From: Chiloscyllium plagiosum
Lineage: Eukaryota
DNA length: 64,000 nucleotides
Assembly (NCBI RefSeq): GCF_004010195.1
Contig: NC_057719.1
Coordinates: 30,251,853-30,315,852, forward strand
Direction of reading: 5' to 3'
Of this stretch, positions 1-14,578 are shown in pieces. The first letter of the stretch is position 1; each line of letters begins with the position of its first letter. The notes beneath the pieces are model-generated. The model did not search any database. It was not told where the DNA came from and saw nothing but the letters and a program-made list of their open reading frames with translations. The position numbers were made by a program, and so were the translations under genes.

Positions 1-160
1 TTAAATACTGGGATCAAAACTGTCTACAGTCCTCCAAATACAACCTTACCAACGCTGTGTAAAGTTGTAACAAGACTTCCCTAATTTTAAATCCCACCCC
101 ACTAGCAATAAAGGCCAATTTTTCATTTGGTTTCTTAATTACTTGCACCTACAAGCTATC
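1..160 (-). mobile_element. Decayed CR1 LINE ORF2 fragment running off the window start
   Basis: Resembles the minus-strand CR1 segment at about 28960-29110. Confidence 0.55.
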
Positions 161-194
161 ATTGATTCACGATAAAGGGTCATGTAATTGCTCC

Positions 195-300
195 TGTGCT
201 ACAATGGTGGTGTCCCTATATCCTAGTCCAGAGCCTCAGGTTCAAGTCCCACCAGATGGGGTGTAATGACGTCTCCAAAAAAGTTGATTGTAAAAAATCT
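195..300 (+). mobile_element. Short (~110 bp) tRNA-like SINE; inverted sibling at 21305-21422
   Basis: tacaatggtggtgtccctat...ggttcaagtccc (B-box-like); reverse complement of 21305-21422 is similar. Confidence 0.5.
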
Positions 301-1264
301 GGAAGAAATGTCATACAAGGCACAGTGCTGCTGAAAAGTAAAATTGTTATGTGACTACCTTTTGTTTATGTTAACTAGTGCCAAATTCTTTTGTAATATG
401 TGGGAAGACTTGCATTTGCAATCTTTTCTGGAAGATATTTCTTACGGCATATTATTAAGACTAAATTGTACATTCTTTTAAATGTCCAAATGAATAGCAG
501 AGTTTTTTGACAGAAGAGGTAAATTTCTTTTAAAGTGGGATGCAGTATTTTGCAGCAGTGAAGAGAAATTGGCACTGAAAATGTCACCATTCACAATCTT
601 GAGTTTATAATGACTTCAATATATTTCCATCCCAGTGAGAAAAATAGTTTTGAAGTTCAGAAAATGAATACATGTGTCAATTCTATCCAAAGCTTTAAAG
701 AATAGAAACATAGGTTAATAGATGCATAATGTGATGGACTTCAAGATGATCTGTAGCAATGTATATTTGACAGTATAACTGAGAACTGCCCCACTGCATT
801 CCATTGGACACTTAGTAGATTTAAGACTTTGTAAATGTGGTATAACTGCAGTATGTTTGTACAGTACAATAATGTTTCTTGTGTGTTCAAGTATTAGTCA
901 CATACAAAAGTGTGCTTCTTAAATGACTTGTAGTCTTTTAAAAGAGGCTTATGTTGAGAAGCATTTGTATTATTTTTGTATCCGTAATGCTTTGGATTCT
1001 GCAATGGCAAAAATAACTAGTTCAATGTTAATGATTCAGAAAATTTATGGTCTCAAACGTTTGTCTATTGGTGCATAGTTCTTTCAGATTTGTATTCTCT
1101 TGGAGTCATTAATTCCTCAGGGATAAAAGAAAAGTAGTTCAAAGTTAATGATTCAGAGTATTTCTGTTGAAACAGCCTTTTAAACTTTTGTCTTAATACT
1201 AACCTTGAAAGTACTGCATTTAGATGTTTATGGTTGTCACTGAAGTTTTAAAAGTAATTAATTA

Positions 1265-1301
1265 ACAAATATTTTGAAATTTAAAATTTCAAAATATTTG
1301 T
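1265..1301. repeat. Perfect AT-rich palindrome, 18-bp arms with 1-nt spacer
   Basis: acaaatattttgaaattt-a-aaatttcaaaatatttgt. Confidence 0.95.
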
Positions 1302-3151
1302 AAAGGAAATACTTTCAAATCCCAACATTGCAAGTTTCATAGGTTATACAAAGCTGAGCTGGTAAGTAATTTATATGCAATTCATCTTAACCTTAATAAT
1401 CAATTTATTAGAATACCTTGGTAACCAGAACACGTTCAGTCATGATTTTGGACAATTTTCAATCCTTTGCTTGGCTATTGATAAAACATACTGTGGTGTT
1501 TTCCCAGATTACCACTGCTAGTACCTTGTGGTATCTCGTGATTAGTGGTAGAGGATGTAATACCATAGAGTATCTACAGAAGAAGCACTGGCCTTGGATA
1601 ATAAGGTTTATTACATAATGACCATATGTACAACTACACTTGGTCAGGCGTAATTGTTAAGATCTTGAGGAACTCATACAAATACACTTGCACCCTCTGA
1701 AAGCCAGAGTAGACCTCTTGTCTCCATCAAAGATTGTGTTTGGTTGAACCAATTCAATTGATGTCAATGTAACACGAACCTCAATCCCTTCAGAAATATT
1801 GCATTATGCAAGATCTTCCTCCAAACTTTCCCTCCACATTGTTAACTCATTATACAATCATGTATTATGGTGCATTAATGACATTATATTATATTTTATT
1901 ACTTCCCCACCTCCCCCAAGTCCCTGACTTCACAAGTGATCTGGACGGTTCGCTCTTCTCTGAGAAGGCACTTTCTTTTGAAGTGAAAGAATAGTAAGTC
2001 TTTCACTTTAAGGCTGTTAACCTTGGTTCCAATCTGTGAAACATCTCTCCACAGGAGAATCTTTTGTATCTCAGATATCCTTCACGAAGGATTTCATTTT
2101 TTTTTTGGTAGACTTTAACTTTCCAGGAACACACTTTTTTCTTTTGAAATTTTCTTCCTGGAAGACAACTGCTCTGAAATAAGTACTTTCTTCCTTGTAC
2201 AATCCTGGATTCTAGATAAGGCAATTGCTTTTTAAATGGAAGATTTAATCTTTTTTGTCAGTATCCTGGATTCTTAGACCAGGCAGTTTCTTCTTTTTGA
2301 CGGTGTCCTGGATCTCTGGATGTTGTTCTGGTTCTCATGGAATCACATACAACTTATCTCTCTCATTGTTCAGATTGGCTGTCTTCACTTGCCCATTATG
2401 ACTAATGAAGTAAACATTTCCAAATTCACAGTCATGTTGCTCACTCAGCATTATTTGACACTGGTAATCAGGTAATAGGAAAGCATGATTACAATGAGCA
2501 CAACTACTTTTGGTCAGCCTTAATAACTAGAACCTTAGGGCATTGGTACTGATACATCTTCTCCTCTGAAAGCTCAAGTAGAATTCCTGGTCATTTACGA
2601 TTCATACAAACATAGGCAGTCAGGAAAATGTTTGAAATAACAGTATTATGAGAGAGTCAGGCAGCAAAGCCCACAAGATGGTTAGAATCAATGATTAGAA
2701 TATTCAAATTATCATACTTAAATCAAGCTGGATAACACTTTGGGAAAGTGTGACATTTTAAAAGTAATGTGTGATTATACGCAAAGCCAAGTTGCACGTC
2801 TTGAATCCAGTCATAACAGCTATTCTGTATGAGCATCTTACTGTAAAATAAAGCCACTTATTGATCCATATTTCCACCTTGCCTCACCAAGTGATTCTTC
2901 CATCTGCCTTTGAGGAGAATGAAAAAGTAAAAATATCCAGTTCAAATACCCAGGGTATTATTTTATGCTCCTGTTTATGCTACTACATGTATATACATGG
3001 GAATATGAGTTAATTCCCACAAATGTAAGGTGGTGAGACAATTTTTGAGAGTAACTGTTGCCACTGAACCCGAGACATTATTTACTAACAGACATGTTTG
3101 TATCAATGCTTCCAGCAATTGATGGTAAAAGTGAGGTACTGAGATTGGTAA

Positions 3152-3463
<312 letters not shown>

Positions 3464-3533
3464 TAATTGCATCACAGATTTGAGAGGCAGTTTTTGCCAA
3501 ATTACCAAATATAAAACTGAGGCCATTGAATCA

Positions 3534-3693
3534 TCTAGACAAAAGTGAGGACTGCAGATGCTGGAGATTAGAGTCCAGAGTGTGGTGCCGGAAAAGCACA
3601 GCAGGTCAGGCAGCAACTGAGGAGCAGGAAAATCAATGTTTCAGGCAAAATTCCTGATGAAGGGCTTTAGCCCAAAATGTTGATTTTCCTGCT
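3534..3693. mobile_element. Penelope-derived hairpin element with decayed hammerhead motif (CTGATGA at 3654)
   Basis: Inverted arms ggagcaggaaaatcaa / ttgattttcctgctcc; 11-bp direct repeat CCATTGAATCA at 3523-3533 and 3694-3704. Confidence 0.8.
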
Positions 3694-3809
3694 CCATTGA
3701 ATCACTTGCCCATTTCACAACCACTTGTTCTTGTTCTCTATTGACTGCAATTGAAAATAAAAGTTGATTTGATGCAAAATGAACGGGTGCTCTCATCCAG
3801 TTTTGTGCT

Positions 3810-4150
3810 GAGTAAAACATGTTCTCTCAAAACAGAGAAGGCCAAGAGGGGATTTGGACAAGGTATTTAAAATCATGAAATGTTTAGATAAAGTATTTAA
3901 AAATAAATTGTTTCAGTAGTTGATAACCCAGAGAGCAGTGATTTAAGGTGATTAACTGAAGCTCCAGTGCAACAAACCTGCTGTCTGATAGGATGGTGGA
4001 CATAGATTCAATGATAGCCTTCAAAAGGGAATGAGAAAAGATTATAGAGATACAAAGATAGAATGGAAGAGTGAGACTAACTGGGTTACTCAGTGAAAAA
4101 TATTACAAATCTGAGGGCTGAATGGCCTTCTGTGCTCACAGTTATATGAA
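3810..4150 (+). mobile_element. Old CR1 3' end fragment
   Basis: Degenerate RGDL..VFKIMK coding remnant and gggctgaatggcct tail. Confidence 0.6.
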
Positions 4151-4399
4151 GTATGCTTTCAGGTTTTACAAGAAATGTTGCAGTCATACCTTGGAATTGA
4201 CCTATTGTGCGAAAAATCTAGCACTGGTTTTAAATTTGTTGCATGTAACTATTTGGTAGCTAATGATCACCATACTTGGACTGGTGCACTAGACTTTAAT
4301 CTTACGATATTGTCACTCTCTCTTGTTTTCTGGTATGCATGTATTTATCCTGGCTATACTTTAGCTTGATTCGTGTTGTAACACTTTTGGCTTTTCAGT

Positions 4400-4640
4400 T
4401 TGAAGATCATAGGCTTATTCTAACTCCAAGCTATAAGCATGTAATCTAGGCTGATACTTCACTACAACTGTATAGGAGTGCTACAACTGCAGTACTTCAT
4501 TCTTTCAGATGAGCCATCACACCCATTTACCTATTTATATAATTGTATAACGTCACATAGTGCTATTTGAAGAACAGAAAAATTGCTCTCGAGTCTTGGA
4601 TAAAATTTATCAGTGGCGTCAAAAAAAAAGATGCCTCTTG
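4400..4640 (+). mobile_element. Degenerate Deu-domain-like SINE (SacSINE1/AmnSINE type); another remnant near 23050-23240
   Basis: tctaggctgatact...ctttcagatgag...tgctatttgaagaa motif series recalled from DeuSINEs. Confidence 0.4.
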
Positions 4641-5435
4641 CTAATTAATTTTTTGAAAGAGTTAGATATTTCAGAAATAGCACATTTGAATGAAATTAGT
4701 TGGAATAAACGTAATTAAAATATGAAATTATAGTGGACAGCAGTAAACATGACTACTGATTGCTCTACTAATTGAATACAGGTCTGACAGTGTGGTGACA
4801 GAATTGTAGAATGCCCCTGACATTTTGTATAAAATTCAAAGGGAAATATTCATGTCAGTGCATAGACAAGAGTCACTAAATAATTTCCTGGCATCAGAGG
4901 ATTGAATATAAATGATATTTTTAGGCTTCCATGTCTCCAGTTAATCACAAGTGAGACCTATCTCTCTCTGAACCAGGCAAGTAAATATCACAGTAAAGCT
5001 TGAGCAATGTAGAACCTTTTCATTTTTTCAGTTTGAGACAACACTGAACTTCGACTTAGTTTAAAGTTTAGTTTGAAGCTTAACATTTATCAAATAGGAA
5101 TGGAGAAAGAAACTAAAGGGACAACAGCACACGTGTTTCCGTTATAGTTAATAAACTTTGATAATGACATTTACTACAAATGCAGTGCTATGTAAATGTA
5201 CAAACCGTTCAAGACATTTTGTACGAGTGTTGTCAGACAACACTTGGCATTGAATCATGAGAGAAAATCTTAAGACAGGTGACCAGAAGCTTTTTCAAGG
5301 GAGGCAGTCTTGGGAAGGGAATGCCAGAGGATAGGGTTCAAACAGCTAAAAGCATGGTCACCAATGATTGATTCTACATTAGGATCAGAAAGTAATATGT
5401 TTTGTTTTAATCTGAGATGTAAGTTATCCTTCTGA

Positions 5436-5555
<120 letters not shown>

Positions 5556-5829
5556 TAATGTGTTTATAAATTATTGTATAAATATGGTACAGGATATTTG
5601 GGAAAACAATACAACCTGTGCAAGTAATGGAGAGGAGTGATCAGTCAAATAGTTCAGTTTGAAATTTCTATATGACAATGTACAAAACGATTATGAAAAT
5701 TTGCATAAAATTGCAGTTCTACCTTTTTAGAAGTCAATTACACTACAGATAACCATCAATTACATATTTATATTGCAACCAGATATTGCCCTGTCTCCCA
5801 GTTGCAATCAAATGTGCAGATAATTATAT

Positions 5830-6030
5830 AAAAGCAACATACTGTTGGTGCTGGAAATCTGAAATGAAAACAAAGTGCTGAAGAGCCTCAGCAGATTGGG
5901 CAACATCTGTGAAGAGAGGAACAGAATTAAGTTTCGAAGATGAGCCATTGGACTTGAACTATTAATGTAATGTCTCTCACGCCAATGCTGCCAGGCTTAC
6001 TGAGTTTCTCCAGCACTTCTTGCTTTTCAT
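5830..6030. mobile_element. Penelope-derived hairpin element, second family (degenerate)
   Basis: tgctggaaatctgaaa...ctcagcag left arm; ctgagtttctccagcac right arm. Confidence 0.65.
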
Positions 6031-7077
6031 CCTTTAATGGCTTCCAAATGCAAGTTAAACTTTGAAGTGTCAGCTGTCTGCAAGTGTAAAGAATATTACA
6101 AACTAATTTTTAACTTTCTGGTTAGTCCAATGTGAGCTTAGCATTATAAGACTATTACTATACGTGATCTATAGTCATAATCATAGAAATCACAACACAG
6201 ATTGAAGCCATTCGATCCATCATAGGTGAACTAGCTTTTTTTACTTGAACCATTCTACTCTGATCCTGTTTATAATTTTCCTTGCATTATTTTGTTTTCA
6301 GTGCTCACCTTTATTCCATTCCATGGAGCTGCTATTGCTGCTACCCCAATTACCACAGTCTTGCCTCATGCTGTTGTTGATTTTTTTTTTAACCAATACT
6401 TCTGCAAATCCAAGGTGTTTCTGATGTAGTTATGGTGGGAATCATATCCCTGTCTTACTCAGAGTTCTGTGAAGCAGCTAGTGTTGTGACTTCTGAGAAG
6501 GTCAGTATCTCTGCATAGTGGCAGAGATCCTCTCCACCTCAATTCCACCAGTGCAATGGGCACCCAGGAGTTTGGGTTTTTTTTCTGTATTGAGTCATCC
6601 TTCATAATTATAAAGTAACATGATCTTTATTGTGTTCTTTCCCTATGCTGTCATTCTTCCCACAGTGGAGAGTCCAGAGTTCCAGGAAACACTTCCAAAT
6701 TGTGATCTAAAAAGATTTAGATAGAAATGTCACATTTCTTTGCTCTTATAGTCAATTCTCCAATTTATAAAATCCTGAATTCCAGCTACCTTTTTGTAGC
6801 CATTTGTATTAGATTGGGAACTAAAATGTTATGATATGTGGAACTTTTACCTCTTTCATGAAGTTGAGAGTCAGGTCACTTTGTGTCAATTTTAAACCAT
6901 TTGTACTATATATGTGGGGCATGACACAACAAAAGAGCAAGAAATCCTGGAAATATGAGTACTCTATGCAGGAATGTTTGAAATCTATTCAGCAGCTTGT
7001 TTTTTTAATTGCCCCACTTTCTTTTCTTTTGTAAATCTTTTCTTTTGAACATTTCAAATTTGTTTTTTTTTCAATAG

Positions 7078-7197
<120 letters not shown>

Positions 7198-7644
7198 TAG
7201 GATGATCTTGAAAACTTTTTTTTTAAATGATTCAATACAGTGAGCCAATACACTTAACCTAGCTGTATTGACAAACTGAGCAGATTGATGGCTGCCTAAT
7301 CTGGGAGACACCAGAAGATGTTTTATTTTGAATGTAGCTGTCAGCTTTATTGCCCTGTGGGCACACGCTCAGCCAGGCTGGTAACTGACCCATTATTTAA
7401 AGTCTGGCACTACAAGATATGTGACCGTTGGTACGTTTACCAGCCTCCTCATTACATCTAGGATCAGTTTTAAAAGAAAACTCCCACAAGGTGACATTCA
7501 AAGAGCTGACAAAAACCTTTAAATCTAATTAAAAGAGTGGAGCTTCACTCATTTTACCAACTGGTACATTCCTCTCACAGATTCGAGAAAGGATCCATTT
7601 GTGAGGAAATGCAGAAAAAAACAGAGTTTTAGAATAAAAATTGA

Positions 7645-7872
<228 letters not shown>

Positions 7873-9781
7873 TAAGTTTCATTTGAATAACTATTAATGG
7901 AAGAGGATCACAGTGGGAGAACTCTATTTAATAAAAAAAATCTCCTAGCCATATAGTGTCAAGATAAACTGTATAAAAATCTTCTAGCTAATAAAAAATA
8001 ATCATTTCACTGTAATCAACATCTTTCACCTCGGCATTATTACTGTGTTGATATTTACACTTCTTCAAAATTTTCTCCAGACAAGTCAATACCAAGATCT
8101 AATCTAGGTACTGATGAGATGGTGGAAACACAAAAATCTGAAAATTTTGTGGTACTTTTGTCAGTTCTGATTTCTTTTTCCCCTTCTGTTCAGACATATC
8201 TGTTGCTAACTATAAATCAGCCAATCTAATTCAACAATTAATTCATAGACATCAGTTCCAATGAAATATAAATTGGAATAATTCAGCAGATCAGGTCAGA
8301 GTTTCAGCGTCTAGTGGTTTGTCATCCATGAAATGTGTGTCCCATGACTGACGTGAGTGTTGTCTCATATGGTAGTGCCTCTGTAATGAAACCTTTAACA
8401 TACTGTGGCTCGCTCACAGCCATGAAGATCTTTATTTGATCTTATGCATTTTTTTTCTTCCTGTTATTACCACTAGCTCCATGAAGAGAAACCTTTTGGT
8501 CTAAAAAAAAATTCTGCTTTTGTATTTAAGTTTAATATTAATGTAATTTTCAATTTCTAACTTGCATTCATGTCTAGCCTACTTCAGCAAATTTCCTTTA
8601 TCTGATTTAGCTACAAATTAGAAATTGTCTTGCAGTTTTAAAAACTGGTTGCAAATGTGTGCATCATTTATCATAGAAATAATATTGTAACACTAATTCA
8701 AAATATTCTTTAAATTGAGGTATCTGTTTAGACAGACAACCTACCTTACAATGTAAGGAACTGGCACAACTGACTATAAGTTCATTATTCTTACAATGCG
8801 ATTGTAAGTTGATCATCAAATCTAGCATTCAGCAGTTTCTACTGCTGATTGTCTGATCATTTGCAGAAATGTAACGATACAAACAGTGTCAATTTCAATT
8901 TCAACGCTGGCCGTAACATTCAAAGAAAATCATGTTCAGCTGCAACAACCGTTAGCTGATGCCAGTGATGCTCGTGCAATTGCAAAATACTGTGGAAGTT
9001 GGTAATCTGAAACAAAAACAGAAATGCCAGAAAAACTGTACAGGTCTGGCTACATATGTGGAGAGAGAAGCAATTAGCATTTCAAACCATTAACTAGCAC
9101 AAAAGAAGTAATAGCATTCTTGGAGACTTTTGCAGAATTTTGACCATTCTGTTTGAGGTTTGAGGAGGTACTGAGGACAAAGTGTATCGATGTAAAGGAT
9201 TACGTAGGACTTGTCAAAGCTGAGAAGCAGCAGCTATTGGTTCAATTTAGAAAGTTATGAATATTTGAACAAAGATTTTCATTGCCACATGAAAGGAATT
9301 GGTAGAGATTGATAACAAGTCAGCAGGGAAGAGTTACCCTTTTTTTTAATATACTTCAAATAAGTTTTCTTCCGACTGACATGGAAACTCTATCATATTC
9401 CTGCAGCAGTCAGAACATAGTTGACAATTACACAAAGTGCTGGATTGAAGTATTATTCTAGCATTCTGTAGTTCTAATCTTAGGGACTCCCCAATTTTAT
9501 ATATAATATTTAACATTTTAATTTTGGTGTTAAAAAGACAAAGTGTCAGTTAGTTGGATTGTAACTTTACATGTTTTTTGGCTGATGAGTTCTATCCCTG
9601 TTTCTGGTGGGCAGCATGTAATATATCTGGTAATAATAAATGGTATTCATTAGCATAACTTGGAATTTACACAGTAGTGACACTTTTTAAAAAAACCAAT
9701 TAATTTCAAAATGGTGTCAGCAGTCTTATTCACTGATATAAATAGCTTATTAAGTCACCATGCGGACTCCTCCTCCATGAA

Positions 9782-9997
9782 GGCAAAAGTGAGGACAACA
9801 GATGCTGGAGCTTAGAGTCGTGAATGTGATGTTGGAAAAGCACAGCAGATCAAGCAGCATCCTAGGAGCAGAAAAATCAATGCTTCAGGCAAAAGCCCTT
9901 AATTAGGAATGGGCTGATGAAGGGCTTTTGCTCGAAATGTTGATTTTCCTGCTCAAATGCTGCCTGACCTGTTGTGCTTTTCCAGCACCTAACTCTC
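9782..9997. mobile_element. Penelope-derived hairpin element with hammerhead motif (CTGATGA-AGGGC-TTTT-GCTC-GAAA-TG-TT at 9914-9941)
   Basis: Long inverted arms; 17-bp direct repeat GACTCCTCCTCCATGAA at 9765-9781 and 9998-10014. Confidence 0.85.
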
Positions 9998-10749
9998 GAC
10001 TCCTCCTCCATGAAACACAACAGGCATTGCTGTCATGTACTTAATTCCATTGCACTAAGACAAGTGCACAAGTAGCAATCTTAGTACATCAGGAGTACAT
10101 TGGACATCAAATGCATTATGATGGGGTGAAAATAGTTTAATTGTTTTATCAGAAGTGAATGGATTTGGTGTATTTACCATATTTTAATTGTGTTATTCTT
10201 TCTTGGTTGTCCTGAGGTGTTCTATGACCTTGCTGCTGATTTTATTGGAAACCAACTTCCATGTTGATGTTCCAAAGTGAGATCTGGAAAATGTACTGTA
10301 GTTTCATACACACAATTCAGAAATAAGAGGCTCACTTTATTCATTTAAAAAAAAAGCATGGCCAGAGTGGTAAACTGCCTGAGATTGCCACCCCCTGGCC
10401 TTATACGTCTGGTCCTACTAGAAAGGATGCACGACTAGACCTGGTACTGAGGAATGACTGAGCCAAGTACCTCAGATATCAATGGTGGATAGATATCATT
10501 AGGTTTTGGATGATAGTGGAGAATGTCATTGGTCAATCCAGAGTAAGAATAATCGATTGGCGGAGGGCTGATTTTCAATGGGCAAGAGTGGAAGAGCTGG
10601 GCTGGATAGATTGAAATCAATGGTTAGTGAGAAAAGCTGTAACTGTACAATGGACTATCTTTAAAGAGATGATTATATTCCACAATAGGAAAAGGTAAGT
10701 CATACAAATCCTAATGTATCTGATGACAAAGGATATAGAAATTAAGTTA

Positions 10750-13700
10750 AAGAAGAAAAAGTATGCTATGACCCAATTCAGGTAGCAAATCAAATTAAGA
10801 ATCAAGTTGAATACAGAAGGTTCAGAAGGGACATGAGAAAGTAGATAAGAGAAACAAAGAGGAATTATTAAAAACTATTGGAAGCTAACATAAAAATAAA
10901 TTGCAAAGTCTGTAGTTTCATGATAAAAGGAGTATTAGGGCCAACCAGGGACCAAAAAGAATACTTGCACATGAAGGCAAGAGAAATGACTGAGGTGTTA
11001 AATTAATATTTTGTATTGTCTTGACCTGCAGGATAGATTCTGCACGGGCCATCGTGACATAGGAGGAAACCCAGTTATTAGATTGTTTAAAGTTCATGAG
11101 ATATTGAATAAATTGTCGATACCTAAATGTGATAAAGCTCTGGGATCAGATTAGGTAATCTATAGATATTGAAGAATGTGAAAGTAGAAATTGCAGGTGT
11201 ATTAGCATTAAACTTCCATTCTTCCCTGGATTCAAAGATGATGCTGGAGGACTGAAGAATTAAAAGTATACCTTTGTTCACAAAAAGTTGTAAAATGTAA
11301 GCTCAGCAATTACAGGCTTGTTTAAATTTGGAAGTAATTATTCAGGATAGAATAATAATCACGTAGAAAATTATGGATTATTTAGGAAGCACCAGCAAGA
11401 ATTTAAAGGCCATTCATGTCTGATTAACATTGTGGAGTTTTTGAAGTAATAATAGAGAGGATTCTTGAGGACATTGTTGTTGATGTGCAGTACATGGATT
11501 TCCAGAAGACTTTCAATACAGTGCCACACCAGTGCAGTGCCTTGAAAAGCTATAGCTCATGAAGTAAAAGGGTCAGTTGTGATGTGGATACAAAACTGGC
11601 TGAGGAATAGGAAACAGTGATGGTGAACAGATATTTTTCAGGTTAGAATGTTTAAACTGATGCTCCCCAGGCCCCAGGCTTGGAACTCTCATTTTTCCTT
11701 ACTATATAGTAATTTGCATCAGTATTTACTGTGGAGAAGGACATGGAAGATATAGAATGTAGGGACATAGATGGTGACATCTTGAAAAATATCCATATTA
11801 CAGGGGAGGAAGTGCTGGATGTCTTGAAATGCATAAAAGTAAATAAAGCCCCAGGACTGATCAAGTGTACCCTAGAACTCTGTGGGAGGCTAGGGAAATG
11901 ATTGCTGGGCCTCTTACTGAAATATTTGTATCATTGATAGTCACAGGTGAGGTGCCGGAATGACTGGAGGTTGGCTAATGTGGTGCCACTGTTTAAGAAA
12001 GGAGGTAAGGACAAGCCAGGGAACTACAGACCAATGAGCCTGATGTTGATGGTGGGCAAGTTGTTGGAGGGAATCCTGAGGGACAGGATGTACATGTATT
12101 TGGAAAGGCAACGACTGATCAGGGATAGTCAACATGGCTTTGTGCATGGGAAATCATGTCTCACAAACTTCATTGAGTTTTTTGAGGAAGTAACAAAGAG
12201 GATTGATGAGGGCAGAGTGGTAGATGTGATCTATATGGACTTAAGTAAGGCATTCGACAAGGTTCCACATGGGAGACTGGTTAGTAAGGTTAGATTTCTT
12301 GGAATGCAGGGAGAACTAGCCATTTGGATACAGAACTGGCTCAAAGGTAGAAGACAGAGGGTGGTGGTGGAGGGTTGTTTTTCAGACTGGAGGCCTGTAA
12401 CCAGTGGAGTGCCACAAGGATCAGTGCTGGGTCCACTTCTGTTCGTTATTTATACAAATGATTTGGATGTAAGCATAAGAGGTGTAGTTAGTAAGTTTGC
12501 AGATGACACCAAAATTGGAGTTGTAATGGACAGCGAAGAAGGTTACCTCATTACAATGGGATCTTGATCAGATGAGCCAATGGGCTGAGAAGTGGCAGTT
12601 GGAGTTTAATTCAGATAAATGCGAGGTGCTGCATTTTGGGAAAGCAAATCTTAGCAGGACTTACGCACTTAATGGTAAGGTCCTAGGGAGTGTTGCTGAA
12701 GAAAGAGATCTTGGAGTGCAGGTTCATAGCTCCTTGAAAGTTGAGTCGCAGGTAGATAGGATAGTGAAGAAGGTGTTTGATATGTTGTCCTTTATTGGTC
12801 AGAGTATTGAGTACAGGGGTTGGGGGTTCATGGTGTGGCTATACAGGACATTGGTTAGGCCACTGTTGGAATACTGCATGCAGTTCTGGTCTCCTTCCTA
12901 TCAGATGTTGTGAAACTTGAAAGGGTTCGGAAAAGATTACAAGGATGTTGCCAGGGTTGGAGGATTTCAGCTATAGGGAGAGGCTAAACAGGCTGGGACT
13001 GTTTTCCCTGGAACGTAGGAGGCTGAGGGGTGACATTATAGAGGTTTACAAAATCATGAGGGGCATGGATAGGATAACTCGACAAGGTCTTTTCCCTGGG
13101 GTCAGGGAGTCCAGAACAAGAGAGCATAGGTTTAGGGTGAGAGGGGAAAGATATAAAAGAGACCTACAGGGCAACTTTTTCATTCAGAGGGTGGTACGTG
13201 TATGGAATGAGCTACCAGAGGAAGTGGTGGAGGCTGGTACAATTGCAATATTTAAAAGGCATTTGGATGAGTATATGAATAGGAAGGGTTTGGAGGGATA
13301 TTGGCCAGGTGCTGGCAGGGGGGATTAGATTGGGTTGGGATATCTGGTCGGCATAGACGGGTTGAACTGAAGAATCTTTTTCCATGCTGTACATCTCTTG
13401 TCACTCTATATATAAATAATCTAGATCTTGGTGCAGAGAACAAGTTCAAAAGCTTAGAAAAATTGTAAGCTCTGAAAGATGATAATATAGAACCTCAAAT
13501 GGACATTGACAAGTTGGTTGAATAGACAGACAAATAATAGATGAAGTTCAATGCAAAGAAGTGTGAAGTGAGACACTTTGGTACAAAGAACATGGAGACA
13601 GTACACAGTAATGGCTGTGCAGGAGCAGGGAGACCTGGGTGCATAAATCATTAAAAGTGGTAGACAGATATAGAGCACTTAATAATAGGGGCATAGAGTA

Positions 13701-14258
13701 CAAGAATATGAAGGTTATACTGAACTTGTGTAAGATGCTAATTGGAATATTATGTATAATTTTGGGTGCTATCTTTTAGAAGGGATTCAAATACATTTGA
13801 TAGAGAACAGAAGTTTACAAAAATGGTTCCAGGGATGGGAAACTTCAACTAAAAGAATAAATTGGAAAAGTTGGGATTGTTTTCCTTTTGAGACGGGAAT
13901 GTTAAGGAGAGATTTGATAGAAGTTTTCAAAATCATCACAGGCCTGGAAAGAGTAGATGGGAACATTTAGCACTTGTAAACAGCTTGACCACCAAAGCTC
14001 ACAGTTTTAAGATGTTTCTCAATATCAGTAAATGGGAGGTAAGAAAAGGCTTTTTCTCACGGCAAGTACTTCGGGATGGACTGTACTGCCCATTAGTGTG
14101 ATAGAAGCAGGTTCATTTTAAAGCATTCAAGAAGATACTGTCCATTTTCCAGGGTTATTGAGAAAAGACAGGAGATTGGCAATAAGTCAAAATGCTCAGA
14201 GATCTAGTGTAGACAGAACAGGCCAAATGATGGTCTCCTCCACCTTATCAATTCTGAG
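10750..14258 (+). mobile_element. Old CR1 LINE (about 10750-11708 and 13413-14258) split by a younger CR1
   Basis: Decayed ORF2 motifs (YMDFQK; LF..YINNLDLG continues across the insertion; RRDLIEVFKII) and ggccaaatg tail. Confidence 0.75.
11709..13405 (+). mobile_element. Young 5'-truncated CR1 LINE (HER1-like), RT domain with frameshifts
   Basis: ORFs 11947-12567, 12572-12913, 12945-13328 with GVPQGSVLGP and KFADDTK; CCATGCTGTACATCTC tail; CTATATA at both junctions (11702-11708, 13406-13412). Confidence 0.93.
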
Positions 14259-14578
14259 TAAGAAATAAATAGTGTTTCTGCTTCATATTCCTCATTGGTG
14301 AATTCTGCTCAAATCTGTGCATGTGAACAAACTGCAGACCAGCTGTACTGCATTCCCTGTTTGTATAAACTGGTGAAATTAATTGTCTCTGATTATATAA
14401 CAGTTACAAAAAAATGAGGTGACTGAAATAACCGTCAACATGAATTGAACTTTCTGGAGAAATAGGAGAGAAATGCTTCCTTTAAAAGAAAACTCCTATG
14501 TCTATATTCCTGCAGATGAAGACTAATAATTGTTTCTTTGTGAAATTTCCTCTGAATAAGCAATTGTTGTCTGCTAAG

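Noticed and set aside
9765..10014. Hairpins as pre-miRNAs, CRISPR-like repeats or classical MITEs
   Set aside because: Dispersed copies with variable long TSDs, asymmetric ends and hammerhead cores fit PLE derivatives; no regular repeat-spacer array.
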